Shown piece by piece: positions 55,449 to 64,000 of a stretch of 64,000 nucleotides of DNA. The stretch's first letter is position 1, and each line of letters opens with the position of its first letter. The DNA is from an uncultured Chromatiales bacterium. Lineage in GTDB: Bacteria; Pseudomonadota; Gammaproteobacteria; DATFLL01. Position numbers and translations under genes: made by a program. Under the pieces are notes generated by a model. That model made no database searches. It was given only the letters and a program-made list of their open reading frames with translations, and was not told the origin of the DNA. The stretch spans positions 121,585 to 185,584 of the forward strand of contig CAZLQI010000004.1 of assembly GCA_964561765.1 (NCBI GenBank), in the 5' to 3' direction.

Positions 55449-56240
55449 ATGCGCAACAACCCAATCAGCGGTGCGGCCTATCTACTGCGCGGCCTTGCCC
55501 TGCTCAACCACAGCGGCGTGCGCCGCTACGTCATCGTGCCCCTGCTCATCAACATCGTACTGTTTGCCGCCCTGCTCACCTTTGGCGGTCAGTCCTTTGG
55601 CAACCTGATTGACCACCTGCTGCCACAACTGCCGCACTGGCTGGCGTGGCTCTCCTGGCTGCTCTGGCTATTGTTCGCCCTCACTGCGGTCATTCTGGTA
55701 TTTTTCCTGTTCACCTTGATCGCCAATCTGATCGCTGCACCCTTCAACGCCTACCTTGCCGAGGCGGTGGAGTACCACCTCACCGGACACAAGCCCGACA
55801 GCGGCCTGTCCCTGCTGGGTGAAATCCGCAGCACCGTCCTGAGTGAAGTGCGCAAATACGCCTACTACTTGCTGTGGGTAGTACCCCTGCTGGTGGCCTT
55901 CCTGATCCCGGTACTGAATCTCATCGCCCCGTTTCTCTGGGCCCTGTTCGGTGCTTGGATGCTGGCCGTGCAATACGCAGATTACCCGATGGCCAATCAC
56001 GGGTTAGGCTTCCATGAACAACGCAAGGTGCTCAGGCAAAAACGCTGGCTAAGTCTTGGCTTTGGCGGTGCAACCCTGCTGGCAACCCTGATCCCGCTGG
56101 TGAACTTTCTGGTCATGCCGGCGGCTGTGGCAGGCGCAACGGCCCTGTGGATAGATCATTGGGGGATGGAGCATCTGGAGGTCGAACATGCAGGGGCGAA
56201 CCGTACGGTTAAGGGGTGTGACGGCCAGCGCACCCCTTAA
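55449..56240 (+). CDS. cysZ: CysZ/EI24 family membrane protein
   Basis: VPLLINI, NLIAAPFN..LAE.VE, QYADYPM.N, LIPLVN..VMP.AVAGAT. Confidence 0.9.
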   Translation: MRNNPISGAAYLLRGLALLNHSGVRRYVIVPLLINIVLFAALLTFGGQSFGNLIDHLLPQLPHWLAWLSWLLWLLFALTAVILVFFLFTLIANLIAAPFNAYLAEAVEYHLTGHKPDSGLSLLGEIRSTVLSEVRKYAYYLLWVVPLLVAFLIPVLNLIAPFLWALFGAWMLAVQYADYPMANHGLGFHEQRKVLRQKRWLSLGFGGATLLATLIPLVNFLVMPAAVAGATALWIDHWGMEHLEVEHAGANRTVKGCDGQRTP

Positions 56241-56253
56241 CCGGCACACGCCC

Positions 56254-57468
56254 TTAGCCGAGAAAGGCGCGCAGACGACGCACGCCTTCCTGGAGTCGTG
56301 GTAACGCAGTAGTGTAGGCAAAGCGCAGGTGGCGCTCCGGGGCATTAACGCCGAAATCCAGCCCGGGAGTCACCGCCACCCCCGCCTCTTCCAGCAAACG
56401 GGTGGCAAAACCCGCACTGTCGTCGGTGAAGGCCGAACAATCCGCATACAGATAAAATGCCCCCTGAGGGGTCATCGGAATCCCGAAGCCCAGCGCGCGC
56501 AGGGCCGGCAACAGAAAGTCACGCCGTGCCTGAAATGCCTGCCGCCGCGCATCGAGGAGGGCCAAGCTATCCGGCGCGAAGGCCGCCAGGGCAGCATACT
56601 GGGCCGGTGTGGAGGCGGCCAGGAACAGGTTCTGCGCCAGGCGGTCGATGGCCTCAACCCAGGCATCGGGCGACACCAACCAACCCAGGCGCCAGCCGGT
56701 CATACCAAAATACTTCGAAAAACTGTTAATCACGAATACGTTGTCGCCCAATGCCCGGGCATCCCGTGTCGAATCGCTCAAACTCAGCACGGTGCGGTCC
56801 TCACCGTCGTAAATCAGCCCATGGTAGATCTCATCGACGATCAGCACGCCGCCGCGTGAGCGGGCGATGGCGGCCATCTCGCGCAGATCGGACTCGGGCA
56901 CGACCGTACCGGTCGGATTGGCTGGCGAGGCGACCAGCACGGCCACCGTCTCCTTGCCCCAGTGGCGTTCGACCAGCGTCGGCGTCAGCTGAAAACCGGT
57001 CTGTTCCGTCACTGCCACGCTACACGCATGCCCCTCCACAAAACGGGCAAAATGTCGGTTGCAGGGATAGCCGGGATCGGCCATCAGCACGGCCTCGCCC
57101 GGATTGAGCAACGCCCCCAGAGTCAGCAACAGGGCACCGGATGCCCCAGGGGTGACAACGACACGCCGTGCCGGAACGCTCACCCCGTAGTGCGACTGGT
57201 AGAAGCCGGCAATGGCCTCACGCAGCGCCGGTAGTCCCAAGGCCGGGGTGTAATGCACCGCCCCCTCCGCGATGGCCGCCTGTGCGGCGGCCACCACAGG
57301 CGCAGGGGTGGGGAAATCCGGTTCGCCGATCTCCATATGCACGATGTCACACCCAGCAGCCTCCAGGGCGCGAGCACGGGCCAGCAGCGCCATGACTCGA
57401 AAGGGCCGGATGTCGTGCAAACGCGCAGCCAGGTGGGGAACCAACGGCGGCACGTCCGTGTCAGTCAT
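56254..57468 (-). CDS. PLP-dependent class I/II aminotransferase
   Basis: MEIGEPDF, SPANPTG, DEIY, SFSKYFGMTGWRLGW. Confidence 0.95.
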   Translation of the reverse strand: MTDTDVPPLVPHLAARLHDIRPFRVMALLARARALEAAGCDIVHMEIGEPDFPTPAPVVAAAQAAIAEGAVHYTPALGLPALREAIAGFYQSHYGVSVPARRVVVTPGASGALLLTLGALLNPGEAVLMADPGYPCNRHFARFVEGHACSVAVTEQTGFQLTPTLVERHWGKETVAVLVASPANPTGTVVPESDLREMAAIARSRGGVLIVDEIYHGLIYDGEDRTVLSLSDSTRDARALGDNVFVINSFSKYFGMTGWRLGWLVSPDAWVEAIDRLAQNLFLAASTPAQYAALAAFAPDSLALLDARRQAFQARRDFLLPALRALGFGIPMTPQGAFYLYADCSAFTDDSAGFATRLLEEAGVAVTPGLDFGVNAPERHLRFAYTTALPRLQEGVRRLRAFLG

Positions 57469-58249
57469 GCGCATAACGGATACCAGCAGGATGGGCATGT
57501 AACATCCGAATCAACGCCACATCGAGGTAGCGAGACGTGCCCGCCTCACCACCGAGCACGGTGAACGCGATATCCGGCTCACCCAAATGGTCCAACACGA
57601 TCGCCGCATTGCCGAGATCATGCCCGCGGGTATAATCATTGACCGTAACCACGGTGCTCAGCCCGGCAGCGCACGCGGACCGCAACCCATTGCCGGAGTC
57701 CTCGAAGGCCAGGCACGCCGTCGAGGTCAGCCCCATAGCCTCCAGGGCATAGGTATAGATATCCGGCGCGGGTTTTTTCGCTGCCACGATGTCACCCGCC
57801 GCAATGACCTCGAACCAGTCCTGTGCGCCGGGGGCGAGGGCATGTTCGAGCAGAGCCTCGACGTTGGCGGGTGTCGTGGTAGTGGCAATACCCAGGCGCA
57901 GCCCCTCGGCTCGGGCCTCTTCCAGCAGCCGGCGCACGCCGATGCGCAGCGGGATTTCTCCCCTGGCCAGCAAGGCCGTATAGTGGGCAGTCTTGATGTG
58001 ATGCAGCGAGGCGATAAAATCGTCCAGATCGGTGGGGCGGGTAAAATCGTGACAATAGTGATCGAGATAATGACGAATGCGCTCCTTGCCACCCGTCACG
58101 TTCAACAACGCACCGTAGAGCGCGACATCCCAGTGCCAATCCAGACCGGCCTGTGAAAAAGCGAGATTGAAGGCCACGCGATGGCCATCACGTTCGGTAT
58201 CCGCCAAGGTACCATCCACATCAAACAACAAGGCGTGCAACGACGACAT
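57461..58249 (-). CDS. cbbY: CbbY-family HAD phosphatase
   Basis: LFDVDGTLADTERDGHRVAFN, TGGKERI, ATTTT..N, KKPAPDIY, EDS.NG. Confidence 0.85.
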   Translation of the reverse strand: MSSLHALLFDVDGTLADTERDGHRVAFNLAFSQAGLDWHWDVALYGALLNVTGGKERIRHYLDHYCHDFTRPTDLDDFIASLHHIKTAHYTALLARGEIPLRIGVRRLLEEARAEGLRLGIATTTTPANVEALLEHALAPGAQDWFEVIAAGDIVAAKKPAPDIYTYALEAMGLTSTACLAFEDSGNGLRSACAAGLSTVVTVNDYTRGHDLGNAAIVLDHLGEPDIAFTVLGGEAGTSRYLDVALIRMLHAHPAGIRYAHD

Positions 58250-58436
58250 GTATACTCCCGTAGGCAACAACAAATCATATGGAAATCCAAGCACATAGAG
58301 TAACCGAGTCCACCGGTGGATGCACCCCGCCGGTAACCACCGGATTTGCGCGAACCCGATTATTCTGGTATAGAAGCGCGTTTCGGTTTCGCGACAACCG
58401 TAAACAACGACCCGGCAGGAGAGAGGTAAGGAACTG

Positions 58437-59051
58437 ATGTCTGTAAAGAAGACGACCAGCGCCAAGGCGGCCCCCAAGAAGGCAGCGGCCCCAAAGGCCC
58501 CCGCCAAACAGGCCGCGGCAAAGAAACCGGCCACCACCAAGGCTACCCCAGCAAAGAAGGCACCTGCGTCCAAAAAGACCGCCAGCAAACCGACAACGAC
58601 GGCGAAAAACCAATCCGGGGATAAACCGGGTTCCGCCCTGGCCGGTTTCAAGAAATTCACGCCCTATGAAATGAAGAAGGGCGAGGAATACATGAATGAG
58701 CAGCAGACGGCGCATTTTCGCCATATCCTGCTGGCCTGGAAACACGAACTGATGGAAGAGGTCGACCGCACCGTACATCACATGCAGGATGAGGCCGCCA
58801 ACTTCCCGGACCCAAATGATCGGGCCACTCAGGAATCGGAATTCACGATGGAACTGCGGACCCGGGATCGGGAGCGCAAACTCATCAAGAAGATCGACGA
58901 GGCCCTGAAGAATCTTGAATCCAGCGAATATGGGTTCTGTGAAATCTGTGGTGTCGAGATAGGTATCCGTCGACTCGAAGCGCGGCCCACGGCAACGCAG
59001 TGCATCGACTGCAAGACCCTGGACGAGATCCGTGAAAAACAAATGAGCTAA
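58437..59051 (+). CDS. dksA: RNA polymerase-binding factor DksA with Lys/Ala/Pro-rich N-extension
   Basis: [28 protein letters not shown]4 Zn finger CEIC...CIDC. Confidence 0.97.
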   Translation: MSVKKTTSAKAAPKKAAAPKAPAKQAAAKKPATTKATPAKKAPASKKTASKPTTTAKNQSGDKPGSALAGFKKFTPYEMKKGEEYMNEQQTAHFRHILLAWKHELMEEVDRTVHHMQDEAANFPDPNDRATQESEFTMELRTRDRERKLIKKIDEALKNLESSEYGFCEICGVEIGIRRLEARPTATQCIDCKTLDEIREKQMS

Positions 59052-59126
59052 AATGACCCGGCCCGGTTCACGGGCCAGGCCCTTGGCGCGTTACCGACGC
59101 TACCCGGGACGGGCGTTATCGGTGTT

Positions 59127-59453
59127 TCACTGATCGGACTCGCTACGGCGTTCGTGTTCGACGTCCTGCTGTTCCGTGCGGCGGTCTTCGATGATCCGAA
59201 GTTGATTGGAGCGCGCAAACGTCAGAATGAAATCGAGAGCGGCCGGATTGCGATTGCCGAGGTCACGGTCCACGACCAGACATTTTTTTCCCTCGATGAT
59301 GCAGGGCTGTACCTCCGGGGCATAATGCAGGCGGTGATCCGAACCGAAATGGGCCAATGTGGCGGAGATACGCTCGATCCAGTCGCTGGGTCGCAACCGA
59401 CTGCCATCCTCACGCACCCCTTCGATTATCAATCGCTCATTGTCAGACATCAC
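59127..59453 (-). CDS. DUF3579-like protein
   Basis: IIEG...G..LRPSDWIER...Y...V.P...G.KCLVVD. Confidence 0.7.
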   Translation of the reverse strand: MMSDNERLIIEGVREDGSRLRPSDWIERISATLAHFGSDHRLHYAPEVQPCIIEGKKCLVVDRDLGNRNPAALDFILTFARSNQLRIIEDRRTEQQDVEHERRSESDQ

Positions 59454-59634
59454 ATCTCCTCACGCGGTCCATTTGCCAAAGTATAGCGCTTAATCCACAG
59501 CCAGTACGTGGTATCTGGCCCGCCTATCAGGCTTCCCGCCGCCGGTCCTAACCGCTAGGCTAGGCCGTCGGGGCCAATCACGCAACCAAGGTACGCCCTT
59601 CTCACAACCTGCAACGGTACACTCCAAAACATAC

Positions 59635-60564
59635 GTGATGTCGATCCTCGTCTCCGAACCGCCCTCACCCTATCGGGGACGCTTTGCGCCTTCCCCCACC
59701 GGTCCCCTGCACTTTGGCTCCCTGATCGCCGCAGTCGCCAGTTTTCTTGAAGCGCGCACCCGCAACGGCAACTGGCTGGTGCGTATCGAAGATATTGACC
59801 CACCGCGTGAGGTACCCGGTGCCGCTGACGCCATCTTGCGCACCCTGGAGGCCTTCGGTCTACACTGGGATGAAACGGTACACTACCAGCGCCATCACCG
59901 GGAGACCTTCACCACAGCGCTCACACGGCTCACCGAACAAGGGTATGTCTATCCCTGTGCATGCAGTCGTAGCGAGATCGCCGCAGCGGTTGGCCGCCAC
60001 CATCATCCCCAGTATTATCCCGGGACCTGCCGGGAGGGTCTGCCACCAGGACGCACCACCCAGGCCCTGCGGGTCGACAGCCGAGGTGACCCCTTGCATT
60101 TCGAGGACCGTGTGCAAGGGCCGCAATACCAGGATCTGGAACAGGATATCGGCGATTTTATCGTGCGCCGGGCCGATGCGTTGATTGCCTATCAACTGGC
60201 CGTAGTGGTCGATGATGCCAACCAGGGCATTACCCAGATCGTGCGCGGTAGCGACCTGCTCGACTCCACCCCGCGCCAACTCCACCTCCAGCGCCTGCTC
60301 GGCCTGCCAAGGCCGGATTACGCCCATCTGCCCCTCGCTGTCGATGCCGAAGGTATCAAACTCAGCAAGCAAAACGGTGCCCACGCACTCGATACGCAAC
60401 ACCCGGTCATCGCCCTGTGGCACGCCCTCGACTTCCTGAACCAGGCCCCACCCGATGCGTTGCGCCACGCCAGCCTCACCACGCTCTGGGACTGGGCCCG
60501 TGCCCATTGGTCGCTGGCGCGGGTAGCACGCACCCTGAGCCGCCCGCAACCCCCGTTCAATTGA
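59635..60564 (+). CDS. gluQ: Glutamyl-Q tRNA(Asp) synthetase
   Basis: GRFAPSPTG.LHFGS, RIEDID, YQLAVVVDD, KLSKQ; close to dksA. Confidence 0.95.
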   Translation: MMSILVSEPPSPYRGRFAPSPTGPLHFGSLIAAVASFLEARTRNGNWLVRIEDIDPPREVPGAADAILRTLEAFGLHWDETVHYQRHHRETFTTALTRLTEQGYVYPCACSRSEIAAAVGRHHHPQYYPGTCREGLPPGRTTQALRVDSRGDPLHFEDRVQGPQYQDLEQDIGDFIVRRADALIAYQLAVVVDDANQGITQIVRGSDLLDSTPRQLHLQRLLGLPRPDYAHLPLAVDAEGIKLSKQNGAHALDTQHPVIALWHALDFLNQAPPDALRHASLTTLWDWARAHWSLARVARTLSRPQPPFN

Positions 60565-60841
60565 AGCCCGGACAGCGGTTGGGCATGATCGCTGATAACA
60601 GCCTTCCAGGCGGGATCAATGCGCAACTGACTGTTTAAGAAAAAATTTCCACGACATGACTGATGACATATACAGCACCTACGGCAACCCGGAACATTCA
60701 CGGGCCGCGAGATGATTTTCCCCCTCACAAACGCCCACCACACACATCACGCAGCGATGAGGTACAATCCAGTGATATCTGCACAGGGCGTGGCACGCTC
60801 ATCGAAACCACAGTGACCAAGCGACCCGGTATGTCACAGAG

Positions 60842-61318
60842 ATGAACACCCGTATAAAGACACAAGATCGCACAGCGGTACCCACTTCGCCCTTTATGAC
60901 AGCCTTCCGGGGCAGTTTCATCAACATGTTGCGTTGGGAACAACTCGACACCCTGTGGGCTACACTGCGTGCCCAAACCGATGCCGGCTGGTACATCTAT
61001 GCCATCGGTGAGCCCCCGCCAAAAACTACTGCCAGCCCGGATGCCATGGACACCTTTCTGACCGGGATCGACCGGCTGCTGCGCCAGGATCATGGCGAGG
61101 ACTACTGCGGTATCGTCTACGCCGATGATCGCGACACCCCCGCCTTCATCAAGATTTACGACCCCAACAACCTGGGCAGTGTCTGTGGTTCAAGTGGTGC
61201 ACCTCCACCGCTTCCCGGCTGGATCTTGTCCCGGAAGCCCCCCGAGGATCTGCCTGCCGCCCTGCCCCAACCCGGCAACCGGCGACGCTGGTGGCGTCGA
61301 CTGTTCGGCACCAATTAA
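60842..61318 (+). CDS. Hypothetical protein
   Basis: 158-aa ORF with genome-like codon usage and motif-like blocks YCGIVYADD and IKIYDPNNLGSVCG. Confidence 0.8.
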   Translation: MNTRIKTQDRTAVPTSPFMTAFRGSFINMLRWEQLDTLWATLRAQTDAGWYIYAIGEPPPKTTASPDAMDTFLTGIDRLLRQDHGEDYCGIVYADDRDTPAFIKIYDPNNLGSVCGSSGAPPPLPGWILSRKPPEDLPAALPQPGNRRRWWRRLFGTN

Positions 61319-61347
61319 AGCCCCCCTCTGAGGTAACGCGCCGTTTT

Positions 61348-62205
61348 ATGCCCCACTACCATGCCGATACCACACCGGATTTTGCTCTGCCCAAAATTAA
61401 ACTGGGCAGCAGTGGCGCAGAACGCTATCAGGTCCGCGCAAAGGGCCAGATCGGGCGTCTGTTCAAACAGATGCACAGCGCTGGCGTTTTAGTCACGGCC
61501 TACTATGGGCCTGATGAGCGTTATCTGTTGTGCAGCCTGCTCGCGGCCGAGCCGGAGAACAAACGGCTGATACTCTCCAGCACATCCGATGCCGAGACCA
61601 CCCACCAGCTTGCCCGCGCACAACAACTGATCTGCGTCTCCCGCCATCACGATGTCCGTATCCAGTGGCAGAGCGAGACACTGAAAACCGTGGACTATCA
61701 GGGTGAACCGGCACTGCTGACGCCGATGCCCCAGTCCCTGCTGCACCTGCAACGACGGGAATTTCATCGTCTCACCACGCCCGTGACCCATCCTGCCCGT
61801 TGTCGTATCAAGCGCGAAACAGGCCCGCATCCCGAGGCCGCCTCGCCAGCAACGCCAAGCCCGGTAACCACACCTCCAGCCTCCCCTCCAGACAACGTCG
61901 AGGTCACCCTGGTCGACATCAGTTGCGGTGGCATCGGCATTCTCGACGCCCAACATGAACTCGACCTCCAACCCGGGATGATCTACCGCAATTGCATCCT
62001 CATACTCAATGAGCTTGGCGAATTTACCGTCGATATCGAGATTCGCAACACCTACCCCATCACCCTGATCAATGGCAAACCTGCCCAGCGTACCGGCTGT
62101 GCCTTCCTGAATCTGCCCTCACATATCGACGCCGCCCTGCAACGCTACCTTCACGCCCTCGACATGAAGCGCCATGGTCACCTGGGTGACAGCGTGCATG
62201 GGTGA
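61348..62205 (+). CDS. ycgR: Flagellar brake protein (YcgR N-domain plus PilZ)
   Basis: PilZ motifs QRREFHR (RxxxR) and DISCGG (DxSxxG). Confidence 0.85.
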   Translation: MPHYHADTTPDFALPKIKLGSSGAERYQVRAKGQIGRLFKQMHSAGVLVTAYYGPDERYLLCSLLAAEPENKRLILSSTSDAETTHQLARAQQLICVSRHHDVRIQWQSETLKTVDYQGEPALLTPMPQSLLHLQRREFHRLTTPVTHPARCRIKRETGPHPEAASPATPSPVTTPPASPPDNVEVTLVDISCGGIGILDAQHELDLQPGMIYRNCILILNELGEFTVDIEIRNTYPITLINGKPAQRTGCAFLNLPSHIDAALQRYLHALDMKRHGHLGDSVHG

Positions 62206-62432
62206 GTGATGATGCCACCCGCCGTCGGAGAGGGGCCATACCGATCAAAAGAAGCTCAGTCAACAAAAATCGACTTTTTCCCAGATAGATTAAACAGCCC
62301 CAGGCAGGGGGGAGGGACTCATCGCCCTACCGTGCAAAGAAACAGCCTCCCCCCCCTTCTTGCACAACACCCGTATTTCTTCAACGTGATCCGCACATTG
62401 ATTCCCTTCTGCAGGTCGTGCAAAATCTGACC

Positions 62433-64000
62433 ATGGCCATCATCTACCCCGAAGGCTGGCAGGCGCTCAAACTCACCGGCGGCGCACGGCGCGAGCTCGA
62501 AACACTGAAAGTGTTGGCCACGGGGCTACCCGACAACTGTCGTGTCTACCACGGTGTCCACTGGACCCGCGTCGACAAGGGCACCTCGTTTTTTGGCGAA
62601 ATCGACTTTGCCATTGTTAGTCCTGCAGGTCGTCTGCTCCTCATCGAACAGAAATCCGGTTCCCTGCATGAGGGCGTTGATGGTCTGGAGAAACATTACG
62701 CTCAGGTAAAAAAAAGCGTCCCGGTGCAGATAGCACGCTCGATCACGGTGGTCCAGAGCCGGCTGCACACGTATGCGCCGCAAACGAAAATTGTTGTCGA
62801 CTACCTGCTCTACTGCCCCGATTACACCATCAAGACCCCGGGTAGTGCCGGCATCGCCCCGGAGCGCATCGTCGATGCGAGCCGCCGCGAACATCTTTCG
62901 AGGGTGATCCTCGCTATAGTGCACCACAGTGAGGCCGAGGATACCGACCGCGTCAACCTGCTCCACCGGTTCCTCACTGACGCACTGAAACTGGTGCCGG
63001 ATATCGGTGCTCTGATCGGCCAAACCCGCCAACTCTACACCCGCCTTTCAGGTGGACTGGCCTACTGGGCACAGCAGTTCCAGTGCACGCCGCAACGCCT
63101 GCGTGTCATCGGTACGGCCGGTTCCGGCAAAACGCAGCTCGCCCTCGCCCTGCTCAGGGAGGCCGCTGGTGCTAACCGGCGCGCGCTGTATGTGTGCTAC
63201 AACCGTCCGCTCGCCGATCATCTCGCACTCAACGCACCACCCGCAGCCACGGTGGCCACCTTTCATCAGTTGGCCGACCACATCGCCACCAGCCAGGGGG
63301 AGTCTCCCGATTTTACCCAGGCCGATGTTTTCAACCGCCTTGAGGACTTCATGGATCGTTTCGTGCCGGGAGACGACTGGCGTTTCGATGAACTCATCGT
63401 CGATGAAGGTCAGGACTTCAATGAACTCTGGGGCCATGCGCTGTTGAAACTGCTGAGGCCCGAGGGGCGGGCCTGGTGGCTGGAAGACCCCATGCAAAAT
63501 CTCTATGGTCGTCCGCCGGTCACACTGCCGGGCTGGTCGACCCTACACGCCGACACCAATTACCGTACCCCGCGCGATGTCCTCGCATCACTCAACCGGT
63601 TACTCGGCGAAACGAAGGACTACCGAAGCGGCAGTCCCATCGCGCACTCGAACATGGACATCCTGAGCTACTCAGATACCCGCGACTTGTTCAACAAGAC
63701 CAAGACGGCCATGACCCGGGCGCTCAGCGCACACTTCACTCGCGAGGCCATCGCCATCATCACCTACCATGGCCGCGAACATTCCCGATTCACGCCACTC
63801 ACACAGCTGGGCACTTTCACTCTGCGCCGCTTCACTGGTAACTATGATCTGCTCAGCAACCCCCTGTTCGAAGAAGGGGACGTGCTCATCGACTCGGTCT
63901 ACCGCTTCAAGGGGCAATCCGCCCCGTGCGTCATCTTCACAGAGGTGGATTTCGGAGAACTCGACGACCGTACCGTGCGCAAGCTCTTCGTCGGCATGAC
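62433..64000 (+). CDS. NERD nuclease fused to an SF1 (UvrD-like) helicase; 3' end runs off the window
   Basis: Manual translation, open to the window end: MAIIYPEGW...GEIDFAIVSPAGRLLLIEQK (NERD), GTAGSGKT (Walker A), DEGQD (Walker B), NYRT, VYRFKGQS. Confidence 0.9.
   Translation, partial: MAIIYPEGWQALKLTGGARRELETLKVLATGLPDNCRVYHGVHWTRVDKGTSFFGEIDFAIVSPAGRLLLIEQKSGSLHEGVDGLEKHYAQVKKSVPVQIARSITVVQSRLHTYAPQTKIVVDYLLYCPDYTIKTPGSAGIAPERIVDASRREHLSRVILAIVHHSEAEDTDRVNLLHRFLTDALKLVPDIGALIGQTRQLYTRLSGGLAYWAQQFQCTPQRLRVIGTAGSGKTQLALALLREAAGANRRALYVCYNRPLADHLALNAPPAATVATFHQLADHIATSQGESPDFTQADVFNRLEDFMDRFVPGDDWRFDELIVDEGQDFNELWGHALLKLLRPEGRAWWLEDPMQNLYGRPPVTLPGWSTLHADTNYRTPRDVLASLNRLLGETKDYRSGSPIAHSNMDILSYSDTRDLFNKTKTAMTRALSAHFTREAIAIITYHGREHSRFTPLTQLGTFTLRRFTGNYDLLSNPLFEEGDVLIDSVYRFKGQSAPCVIFTEVDFGELDDRTVRKLFVGM

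Noticed and set aside
60570-61370. Sigma28 promoter for ycgR
   Set aside because: GCCGATAA-like hexamer/octamers lack a correctly spaced TAAA.

Overview
64-kb stretch of core chromosome from a GC-rich gammaproteobacterium. It uses SMC-ScpAB, and CbbY plus a D-ribulokinase-like kinase hint at a Calvin-cycle chemolithoautotroph; the taxonomy is inference only. About 61 CDS are visible: a truncated Tat-exported protein, DUF302, galU-wecA-GT4, the conserved gyrA-serC-serA-pheA-hisC-aroF-tyrA-aroA-cmk-rpsA-ihfB-lapAB-pyrF-comEA block, mtnA/mtaD-ubiG-mupP, rmuC, hpnCDE, yciK, a GGDEF cyclase, the PHP-yciO-S2P-trpS-scpAB-rluB operon, yciB-yciI-bolA-ppiC, glgP, smc-zipA-ligA, queF, an FGGY kinase, cysZ, an aminotransferase, cbbY, dksA, gluQ, ycgR and a truncated NERD nuclease-helicase. 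I found no rRNA, tRNA, CRISPR array, transposase or prophage. The best leads are an unannotated ~165-nt structured RNA with 6S-like motifs divergent from a sigma54-type promoter of the diguanylate cyclase, the NERD-SF1 helicase at the right edge, an FNR-type promoter for the Tat protein at the left edge, a rod-like hairpin upstream of gyrA, and a stand-alone AAA N-domain protein. All family assignments are by eye from motifs; no database searches were run.
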